64,000 nt of DNA from Promethearchaeota archaeon (lineage in GTDB: Archaea; Asgardarchaeota; Thorarchaeia; Thorarchaeales; Thorarchaeaceae), in the NCBI GenBank assembly GCA_048939765.1, contig JBHLPF010000015.1, positions 13,457-77,456 on the forward strand, read 5' to 3'. Positions 1-7,755 of the stretch are shown here, in pieces. Numbering within the stretch: the stretch's first letter is position 1; each line of letters starts with the position of its first letter. The translations under genes were made by a program, and so were the position numbers. A model generated the notes under the pieces. That model saw only the letters and a program-made list of their open reading frames with translations, was not told the origin of the DNA and made no database searches.

Positions 1-1
1 G

Positions 2-1303
2 GAATTCTCAGTTGGCGTGGATGTGTTCAATATAGGAGATGCTCCGCTCAATGATGTCACGGTGACACTCTCAATTCCAGATAATCTCACCTTGACCTCT
101 GGCCAAGTTTCTACCTATGTTGGGGCACTTGATGGCGGGGAGAACTCCCATTTGACATACCAATTCATCCCCGATAATATTCCAGAGATTCTTCCCCTCA
201 CTTTTCAGATATCATCTTCCAGTCTCAACACTAGCGATTGGGTTACATTTACAATCAACATCTACGTGCGGGAGATCATTCCTCCCTTGATACCTCCGAA
301 TCTCCTGATTTGGGGATCTGCTGGAATAACGGCCATAGCTGTTGTTTCTCTTGGCTATCGTCGAATAATGGGTGGATATGGAGCAAAATGGGAAGTTGAT
401 GAAACAACCAAGGCATATCAGAGCCCGGAGATAGCCATCCAGACTTTTGGCACACCAGGAACTGTTGCAGATCTTGATCCTGTTGAGAGCGCGTTCTTTG
501 TCAACACGAATCGCAAGAAACTGGTGTCAATGATCCTTATGTCCTGCGTGAAGAAGGGTGCAGTAAGGATGCTTTCAACGGATCCATTGCGCCTTTCAGA
601 TACGGGCCTGAGGTTCGAGGACCTCACTTACTATGAAGAGATGTTTGTCGGCTCCATTGACAACAACGAGCTTGACCCCGACAAGATTGATGATATGTTG
701 GAAGAACTCGCTGAGAAGGTCCAGGAGAAATCTTGGGATGCGGACTTCGAGGCCACAAAAACCCATCATGAGGAGATGGTCGATGGTGCTTGGGAGGAAC
801 TTGAAAGCGATCCGACACTTGATGGGCGTGTAGATTACTACTTCAATCGGAGATACCACGACACATGGGCTTGGTACTGGTTCTACATGCATCCTCATCA
901 CAACCAAAGAATCGGACACGTGTTCACTCCCCCAGGTGGGACGATTGCCCCACCAAGGATACCTGACTGGTTTGGTCAGATTGCTGATGCTGCTGGCCAT
1001 TCAATTGGCGAAGTTGGACGTGTGGTTGGAGATGTAGCTTCCACCACGGGCCAAATCATGACTAATGTGACAAATACCATTGGAGATGTCCTTTCGGGAG
1101 TTGGTAACATTATCCGAGAACCGCTGAAACCAATCTTGGAAGAGACCAGTCGTTGCGTGTCTCATGATGCCTGCCACTCTGCATGCGTTTCGCACGATGC
1201 ATGTCATAGTGCCTGTCACAGCGCATGCCATAGTGCCTGTGTATGCCATAGCGCCTGTCATAGTGCATGCCACAGTGCATGTGTTTCTGGAGGATTTAGA
1301 TAA
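2..1303 (+). CDS. Membrane protein (Ig/CARDB-like extracellular part, single TM, DUF2207-like cytoplasmic region) with C-terminal (CHSA)n Cys/His tail; 5' end probably outside the window
   Basis: Frame is open from base 2; beta-rich N-terminus, TM LLIWGSAGITAIAVVSLGY, DLDPVESAFF...LVSMILMS segment, tail CVSHDACHSAC...CHSACVSGGFR. Confidence 0.6.
   Translation, partial: EFSVGVDVFNIGDAPLNDVTVTLSIPDNLTLTSGQVSTYVGALDGGENSHLTYQFIPDNIPEILPLTFQISSSSLNTSDWVTFTINIYVREIIPPLIPPNLLIWGSAGITAIAVVSLGYRRIMGGYGAKWEVDETTKAYQSPEIAIQTFGTPGTVADLDPVESAFFVNTNRKKLVSMILMSCVKKGAVRMLSTDPLRLSDTGLRFEDLTYYEEMFVGSIDNNELDPDKIDDMLEELAEKVQEKSWDADFEATKTHHEEMVDGAWEELESDPTLDGRVDYYFNRRYHDTWAWYWFYMHPHHNQRIGHVFTPPGGTIAPPRIPDWFGQIADAAGHSIGEVGRVVGDVASTTGQIMTNVTNTIGDVLSGVGNIIREPLKPILEETSRCVSHDACHSACVSHDACHSACHSACHSACVCHSACHSACHSACVSGGFR
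1154..1285 (+). repeat. Coding tandem repeat: 7x CHSA plus 2x CVSHDA
   Basis: 12-nt units with synonymous variation (tgccactctgca / tgtcatagtgcc / tgtcacagcgca / tgccatagtgcc). Confidence 0.9.
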
Positions 1304-2070
1304 TGGGAGAAACTATCAAGACAATATTTCATTTGAGCGATATCCACATTGGAGAACAAGGAGTATCTTTAGGGGACTTCCGTGAAGTAATCGAGAGTAT
1401 TGAGAAGCGTGCTCCGCATATGACCTCGCCTCTTATTCTTATCACGGGCGATCTAACAGGGGAGGGACTTAGAGAGGAGTATGAAGCATTCTCTAATGTT
1501 GTATCTAGTATAGAAACTCCTCTCATAATCGTGCCTGGAAACCATGACGAGCGCAACTACGGTGCTGCGCACTTCGAGGAGATGTTTGGAGAGCGTTTCA
1601 AGACTTACGAGGATGAATCAATTGCGTTGTACGCAGCAGACAGTGCAGAACCAGACAACGATGCAGGACATGTTGGGCGGACCAAGTACAATGAGATACA
1701 TGACTTTCTCGGAGGGGCGAAGGAGAAGGTGCGCATATTCGCATTGCATCATCATCTGATACCGGTCCCAAACACTGGGAGGGAACACAACGTTGTGGAG
1801 GACTCTGGTGCTGTCCTAGGCCTATTGGATCGGACGCAATGCTCATTGGTCCTAAATGGTCATCGTCACGTCCCCTGGATGTGGAATCTGAATGATATGA
1901 TTGTATACACAACAGGTACCCTGCTATCCCGTCGCGTTCGTGGAGCCACTACTCAAGTCTATACGCTCATCGAGCTTAGCAAGACCGATGCCACATTTAC
2001 ATTGGTCGAGAAGTCCGGTTCTGCAAGTCTATTCTCGCGCGCTGAGCTTCGTCCAGCTGTCCTTGGATAG
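1303..2070 (+). CDS. Calcineurin-like metallophosphoesterase (Icc/CpdA-like)
   Basis: Motifs LSDIH, ITGDLT, PGNHD, HHH, NGHRH; TAATG overlap with upstream gene. Confidence 0.9.
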   Translation: MGETIKTIFHLSDIHIGEQGVSLGDFREVIESIEKRAPHMTSPLILITGDLTGEGLREEYEAFSNVVSSIETPLIIVPGNHDERNYGAAHFEEMFGERFKTYEDESIALYAADSAEPDNDAGHVGRTKYNEIHDFLGGAKEKVRIFALHHHLIPVPNTGREHNVVEDSGAVLGLLDRTQCSLVLNGHRHVPWMWNLNDMIVYTTGTLLSRRVRGATTQVYTLIELSKTDATFTLVEKSGSASLFSRAELRPAVLG

Positions 2071-2079
2071 TCCCAATCA

Positions 2080-2439
2080 TCATTGGAAAATGATGACTGC
2101 TCGCAGTGAGGTGACATCAGATAATGTAAGTAGAGAGGACACTGTTCCTGTGACTACTACGATTGAATGTTCAGGCGGAATCCAACCGTCCCATGTAAAG
2201 AGTAGGCCTTGGAAGCCTCCCTCGGGAGGAGTGACAATGAAACTGTTCCCCAGCACATAGATCAATTCTCCTTTCACTGTTACTACAGTCCCACTTGATA
2301 CACTCCCACCGTTGATATCCTCAATAGCCGTTGCACCAATCACGCCGTCGTGCCACGCAATAACTGCGACAGCTATTAAAATAATCCCCAGTAGGGCTCC
2401 GAGGATCCTTCCAGTCGAACTTCTCTTTCGTTTTAGCAT
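2080..2439 (-). CDS. Small membrane-anchored protein with OB-fold-like domain
   Basis: Basic N-terminus, TM ILGALLGIILIAVAVIAW, VVTVKG...VVVTGTV beta pattern; ATG at 2439 preferred over TTG at 2466. Confidence 0.55.
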   Translation of the reverse strand: MLKRKRSSTGRILGALLGIILIAVAVIAWHDGVIGATAIEDINGGSVSSGTVVTVKGELIYVLGNSFIVTPPEGGFQGLLFTWDGWIPPEHSIVVVTGTVSSLLTLSDVTSLRAVIIFQ

Positions 2440-2554
2440 GCTTCTACCCTTATCATCTTCAAGCAAGATTGACTAAAAGATGTTGTCACGGAAAAGTGGT
2501 CTAGTTTCGCCGGTAGATTCTATAGCCAGTTAAATTCGTGTTTCATTGATTCTA

Positions 2555-3772
2555 ATGGACGTTAGCAGAGAATTCATACGGCTTTGCGGAGAGGCAGGCA
2601 ATTTTTCAAGAAACGTGACCGGTTTAAGCATTGTTGACGCATATTATGGACCAGATGAACTGGCACCAGACAGGCAGGCAACTAATCGCAAACCAGAGAT
2701 TATTCTGGATGAGTTATCAGTCTTGGCAGATAATGTCAAGGATCAGATTGACCTGCCTCTGCGCTCGAAGTATCTTATTACGGAAATTCATTCATTGCAA
2801 TCTGTAGTCAAATGGATGGCAGGAGAGGAAATGTCCTATGTCGACATAGTGGAGAATGTCTATGGCATCAAACCAACCAGATTCTCCGAGAAAGAGGTAG
2901 AGGCAGCAATGAAGGAAGTAGAGATTGCATTCTCAGACTGTCCTGGCAATGACACGAGAGAGCAGGTGGAACTATTCAGGCTTGACGGACAGGTGCAAGG
3001 AGATGCCGCAAAGAACTACATTGAAGGAGAATTACAGCAAAGCGCGAAGAATGTAGGAATACTGTTTCAGAAAAAGGTCTATGCTCTCATGGATGCTGCG
3101 GTGACAGATAATGGTGTTGAGTACAAAGCAGTGACTGACAAGCCCTGGGGAGCATATAACTACTACCAAGGAAACTACAGGTCAAAAAACGAGTTCAATG
3201 TTGATCGTCCATTTAGTAGGCACGGACTGGCTGCTGTAATCTACCATGAGTATGAGCATCATGTTTCGAATCTGTGGAGAGAGAAGGCATATCGCGAGAA
3301 CGATTGGACTGACCTCTCAATCGTCCCACTGACGGGAAGATGCGTTATTTCAGAGGGAACTGCAGATACTGCCATGGACTTTCTTGAACTTGGCGAAGAA
3401 TCTGATGATTCTCGTAGGAATCGAGCCTTGAGGACCCTTTCTCAAATGTGTAGCATGAATGCGGCACTAATGCTGAATCGTGAGCACGCCTCGGAAGATG
3501 ATGCTGTTGAATATCTGGTTGAGCGGACCTTCGGCAAGGAAGAGCGCATAAGGCCCTCTCTTGAATTCTCTCGGATTAGGACTGAAGAAGGAAAACTGAA
3601 TCTTTGGGCTCCTTACATTTTCAATTATCTCATAGGTAGAAAGGAGTTTGTCCTTCCAACATTTCTCAAAGCCAAGGAAAATGATATGCTTTCAGACTTC
3701 TTCAGAACAGTCTATCTTAACCCTTATTCGGGTTCAAGCAGAACTTGGAACGCAGCTTTCGACTGGCTCTAG
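2555..3772 (+). CDS. DUF885-like putative gluzincin metallopeptidase
   Basis: HEYEH (HExxH) with downstream SEGTA and YIFNYLIG; no signal peptide. Confidence 0.6.
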   Translation: MDVSREFIRLCGEAGNFSRNVTGLSIVDAYYGPDELAPDRQATNRKPEIILDELSVLADNVKDQIDLPLRSKYLITEIHSLQSVVKWMAGEEMSYVDIVENVYGIKPTRFSEKEVEAAMKEVEIAFSDCPGNDTREQVELFRLDGQVQGDAAKNYIEGELQQSAKNVGILFQKKVYALMDAAVTDNGVEYKAVTDKPWGAYNYYQGNYRSKNEFNVDRPFSRHGLAAVIYHEYEHHVSNLWREKAYRENDWTDLSIVPLTGRCVISEGTADTAMDFLELGEESDDSRRNRALRTLSQMCSMNAALMLNREHASEDDAVEYLVERTFGKEERIRPSLEFSRIRTEEGKLNLWAPYIFNYLIGRKEFVLPTFLKAKENDMLSDFFRTVYLNPYSGSSRTWNAAFDWL

Positions 3773-3780
3773 ACTGCATC

Positions 3781-4035
3781 ATGGGGTCATGGGAATTGCG
3801 TAGTGAGAAGAAGAAGCCTAGCGACGCTAAGAGTCGAAGGAACCACCAACTTTTCTTTGTGCTAAACATCACTTTTCTGATTATTCTCTGGCTTCTGACG
3901 CGTTACTATCCTATTCCACCTGTAGAGCTAGTGCTGTTTTGGCTGTTCATCACGATTATTATGATTGTAATCCTTTGGTTCGTCGACCGAAGAGCTGCTC
4001 GAATGGTCCTTGATGATTTTGGCCCCAATCCATGA
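3781..4035 (+). CDS. Small 2-TM membrane protein
   Basis: Two hydrophobic helices; ATG at 3781 follows the upstream stop. Confidence 0.6.
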   Translation: MGSWELRSEKKKPSDAKSRRNHQLFFVLNITFLIILWLLTRYYPIPPVELVLFWLFITIIMIVILWFVDRRAARMVLDDFGPNP

Positions 4036-4065
4036 GATGAAAATGCAGAAGAAAAAGTGAGGGGT

Positions 4066-4091
4066 GTGTGATGATCAAAAGACCATCACAC
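4066..4091 (-). terminator. Stem-loop 3' of the CTL-like gene, between convergent genes
   Basis: Minus strand GUGUGAUGGUC-UUUU-GAUCAUCACAC (11 bp with one G-U), followed by U-rich sequence. Confidence 0.55.
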
Positions 4092-4106
4092 TGAGCTTGA
4101 GTTCCT

Positions 4107-5504
4107 TTATTGGCTAGTTTGCGCTCGTGAGTATGCACCCTCGAGTTCTCTTTCCATTGCCGACGGAATCACAGTCTTGGTGAAGTCGCCATCCTTCTTT
4201 CTGATGAAGACGTAGAGCAAGGTGACATACACTATGTCAAACGTGCGCAATACTAGTGATACTGGAATTCCTGCCAATACTGCGAAGACAACTCCTAGCA
4301 CTATAGCTGCAATCAGATCCCCAGAAAAAGCAACCCAGCCTACGACTGCGCCTCCAAGTGCAAAACCAAGGAAGAATATGACCGCCAGAACAGCAAAACC
4401 CCATCTTACTGCGGTCTCTTTGATCATGACATCTACAAAATTGTTCTTGACGAGACCTGCACTTCTCTTGATGCCATCCTTGGCCCCAAGTTCCTCAGCC
4501 ACCATTGCAGGGATCGTGAAGTAATTCAGGAGCGCCCAAATCCATCCTATTATCCCACCTGCTGCGCGACCAACCGCTGCTCCTCCAGCGCCGCCAACTT
4601 CTCGTCCCAGCCGTTGAAGAATCAATCTTACAATGACGACTAGCACACTCATAATGCTGAGAGCAATGATGCCAGTGATAACACCCAAAGATGACCTGAC
4701 CCCGTCACCTAGGTCGGGGTCTCTGCCCCGCATGTAGAGGTATACCATCGCAGATGAGGTACCATATGCGAAGTTGTAGAAGAATATTGTAGCAAAGAGA
4801 TACAGGACGATACCAATGCCTGCAACCCATCCAGTTTCTATGGTTAGGTCTTGAGCGCCTGAAATTATCTGCAGTGCACTTCCTCCAGATAGGACATCAA
4901 TTGAATAGAAGGCAATTCCTCCAAACATTACTGCTGAAATTAGGGTGAAGATCATCACGAACGTTGGCGGAACGAAGACGCCTTTTTCATCAAGACATAC
5001 TTGCCCGGTCAGTTTAATGATCTCGCCTGCACGGCGGACTCTATCTCGAAACACTGTGAACAGCAGAATCGTGAGAAATAGTGTAAAGAGTCCTGGTATC
5101 AGGACTGGCCAAGAAAATGGACCTCCAACAGCCAGAATCACAATTGGAATGGCTAGTGTCATTAGGTTCATGAAGAAAGCGCCAACGTAGATCAGTGTCC
5201 CTCCCAATCTCTTTGCCAGCCATGAGGCACCGAATGCTACAAAGAGACTCAGTAGGATGATCCCAAACACAATAGCTGCAATTGCTATCGCGGCATCAGT
5301 CGGTGATATCACTAGGCTCACGACTGACAGGATGTCGTTGATGGCATTCATCACTTGGGTTCCATAGGAAGCCCAGATTCCCATCAACGAATAGATGCCT
5401 GCTGCGATGAAAGCTCCAAGAACGATTACAACTCCAAGCACTGCTTTTCCGTGGCTTGGATAATTCTGATTATCATGATACTCTATCACATCAGTACGTG
5501 CCAA
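4107..5504 (-). CDS. Choline transporter-like (CTL/SLC44/Pns1-like; DUF6159-related) multi-pass membrane protein
   Basis: About 10 TM helices; FRDRVRRAGEIIKLTGQV, LLNYFTIPAMVAEELGAKDGIKRSAGLVKNN and FDIVYVTLLYVF match recalled CTL-family blocks. Confidence 0.6.
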   Translation of the reverse strand: MARTDVIEYHDNQNYPSHGKAVLGVVIVLGAFIAAGIYSLMGIWASYGTQVMNAINDILSVVSLVISPTDAAIAIAAIVFGIILLSLFVAFGASWLAKRLGGTLIYVGAFFMNLMTLAIPIVILAVGGPFSWPVLIPGLFTLFLTILLFTVFRDRVRRAGEIIKLTGQVCLDEKGVFVPPTFVMIFTLISAVMFGGIAFYSIDVLSGGSALQIISGAQDLTIETGWVAGIGIVLYLFATIFFYNFAYGTSSAMVYLYMRGRDPDLGDGVRSSLGVITGIIALSIMSVLVVIVRLILQRLGREVGGAGGAAVGRAAGGIIGWIWALLNYFTIPAMVAEELGAKDGIKRSAGLVKNNFVDVMIKETAVRWGFAVLAVIFFLGFALGGAVVGWVAFSGDLIAAIVLGVVFAVLAGIPVSLVLRTFDIVYVTLLYVFIRKKDGDFTKTVIPSAMERELEGAYSRAQTSQ

Positions 5505-5650
5505 CTAATCTCCTCCAATTAGTAGTAAACACTTGACTCAACTTCTCATCTGTTACAGTTAAATCTTAGCAACGGTAGCCACAGAGAAGCATAGTAAGCT
5601 GCAAAACACCTATGCCAATATATTTCAGAGGGATAAAGGAACGTAATGCC

Positions 5651-6124
5651 ATGGAATCTATAACTTACTGTGAACCAGACCACATCTTCTGCAGGGCAAA
5701 TAAAATCCTCTTTGCTGGTGATGGTAGTGAAAATGCCGCCAAAGCAATGAAGGTGGCAATTGAGCTTGCAGAGCTGACGAATTCCAAGCTCTTCATTGTT
5801 CATGTTGTACCCACACCAACAGTCAAGCAGATGGCAGTGATGACTAGTATGAGCCAAGAGGAAGTCATGGACAAGTATGTTAAGAATGGAGAGATTCTCT
5901 TGAAAGGCTACAAAGATTCGGCATTGGAATACAATCTTAATGTCGAAACAATTCTTGAGAGAAGCGCGCCATCAGAGGGAATTCTTGCAGTAGCTAAGGC
6001 TAAGGAAGTGGACCTAATTGTGATTGGTTCAAGAGGTGCATCTGGCGGAAGACGTGCCGGCATGGGCAGCAATACAGAACGAATTGTAATGAACTCCGAA
6101 TGTCCAGTTCTGGTAGTGAAGTAG
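5651..6124 (+). CDS. Universal stress protein (UspA family)
   Basis: KILFAGDGS, DLIVIGSRG, MGSNTERIVMNSECPVLVVK. Confidence 0.92.
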   Translation: MESITYCEPDHIFCRANKILFAGDGSENAAKAMKVAIELAELTNSKLFIVHVVPTPTVKQMAVMTSMSQEEVMDKYVKNGEILLKGYKDSALEYNLNVETILERSAPSEGILAVAKAKEVDLIVIGSRGASGGRRAGMGSNTERIVMNSECPVLVVK

Positions 6125-6236
6125 TGCCTAGGAAATGATGGCAAACAAGGAACTCGAATTACTCTAACTCCCTTATCTGATGGCAAGCGAAATCCGTTTA
6201 ATAGCGATTGCTTCCCAACTCGTATTGTGACTAGAG

Positions 6237-7652
6237 ATGAATAAAGAGGAGAGGCAACATGCTCACGTGAATGTGAAGCCACTCCGCCAGCTATTTCATT
6301 TCTCACACTTCTCGCATTTCTACAGGCTTTATGTTCCTGCATCTCTGCTGATTGGCATCGTCTGCGGATTGTTCATGGCAATCTTTCAGTTTCTCATAGA
6401 CCAGACTACTAATGCGTTCGCCGGACTGCCTGTGTTCCTTGTTCCGCTCCTTGGAGGAGGGTTCTCTGGCTTGATGATATACTTCGGCCGAAGAGAGATT
6501 GAAGGAAGTGGTATCTCAAAGGCCATTGAACTCACGCATGATCCGCAAGAACTCGTGTCTTCTACTGCTGTCACGAAGATGATTGCTACATCGGTTTCAA
6601 TTGGGACCGGAAATCCTGTAGGCCGGGAAGGTCCTGCAGTCCTTATTGGTGCCGCTCTAGGGAATTATATCGGGAGGCAGATTGGATATGACAATCCCGC
6701 CCATCTTCGTGTCTTCATTATGATGGGTTCGGCAGCCTGCACTGCTGGGATTTACAAAGCTCCCCTTGGAGGCGCGTTGTTCGCCTCAGAAGCCCCGTAC
6801 AAACGTGATGCGCGGTTGGGCTATTTTGTACCCACAGTCTTAGCGGCAATAACATCCTACATCATCTTTGCTGTAATCTATGGGATAGATTCGCTCCTCA
6901 GTCTACAGATTGATTTCACTATGACGCTCGAAGTCATTCCACTAGTCCTCCTTTTGGGTATCTTTGCTGGAGTAATATCACTATTCTTCTCAGTCTTTCT
7001 AATGGCCACCCGCAATTTCTTCTCGCTTAGACTGCCCGACTGGGCTGACCCGGTGGCTGGCTCATTATGTGCATGTGCAATATTGTTCCTTGCTGGTCTA
7101 TGGTTGGATCCGCGATACACTATTGCAGGACTTGGCTACGATGTTATCGAGCTTATCGCATCTCCTAGCACCTCACTACCTATCACAGCCTTGCTCTTGT
7201 TGATGATTGGCAAACTCCTAGCTTCTTCGTTTGTAGTGGCTGGAAGAGTGTCAGGTGGCGTACTTGCATCATCGATTTTCGTCGGCGCAATGCTAGGGGC
7301 TGCATTCGGTCATATATTTGCTCCCCATTATCTTGCTGCTTTTGTCGTTCTCGGCATGGGCGCAGTGCTTGCAGCAACAACAAATACACCGGTCGCTACC
7401 ATAGTTCTGATTCTTGAGATCAGTCATTCGTTTGACCTTCTTATTCCAATAGCAATCTGCATCTGTGTATCTTATCTCCTGGCAGGTGGAACATCTCTCT
7501 ATGAAGGGCAGAAAGTCACCAGAGATGACGAAGATCCTGGGTACTATGCCAACATCAATGTACAACCAGAAGAGATGGCTCTGGACCTCTTTCACGACGA
7601 TGCAAATCCTGTCAATCATGAGCCCTCTCGCAATCTAGATGTTGATGATTGA
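6237..7652 (+). CDS. ClC-family chloride channel / H+-Cl- antiporter, no CBS domains
   Basis: GSGIS, GREGP (gating Glu), LFASE (inner Glu), SLYE. Confidence 0.92.
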   Translation: MNKEERQHAHVNVKPLRQLFHFSHFSHFYRLYVPASLLIGIVCGLFMAIFQFLIDQTTNAFAGLPVFLVPLLGGGFSGLMIYFGRREIEGSGISKAIELTHDPQELVSSTAVTKMIATSVSIGTGNPVGREGPAVLIGAALGNYIGRQIGYDNPAHLRVFIMMGSAACTAGIYKAPLGGALFASEAPYKRDARLGYFVPTVLAAITSYIIFAVIYGIDSLLSLQIDFTMTLEVIPLVLLLGIFAGVISLFFSVFLMATRNFFSLRLPDWADPVAGSLCACAILFLAGLWLDPRYTIAGLGYDVIELIASPSTSLPITALLLLMIGKLLASSFVVAGRVSGGVLASSIFVGAMLGAAFGHIFAPHYLAAFVVLGMGAVLAATTNTPVATIVLILEISHSFDLLIPIAICICVSYLLAGGTSLYEGQKVTRDDEDPGYYANINVQPEEMALDLFHDDANPVNHEPSRNLDVDD

Positions 7653-7755
7653 TACCCGCTACTTGAATAAGTTAATAGGCGCATACATCAAGAGCCTATT
7701 TCGGCCCCTTTTCCGGGGATGATTCGCCAGTATTGCGTCCCAGGAGGATTCTGAT

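Noticed and set aside
1154-1290. CHSACH units as heme c attachment sites (Cx3CH)
   Set aside because: No canonical CxxCH; units overlap too densely, and the tail is probably cytoplasmic
1154-1290. 12-bp periodic DNA as a CRISPR array or VNTR
   Set aside because: In-frame, with synonymous variation and no spacers; no cas genes in the window
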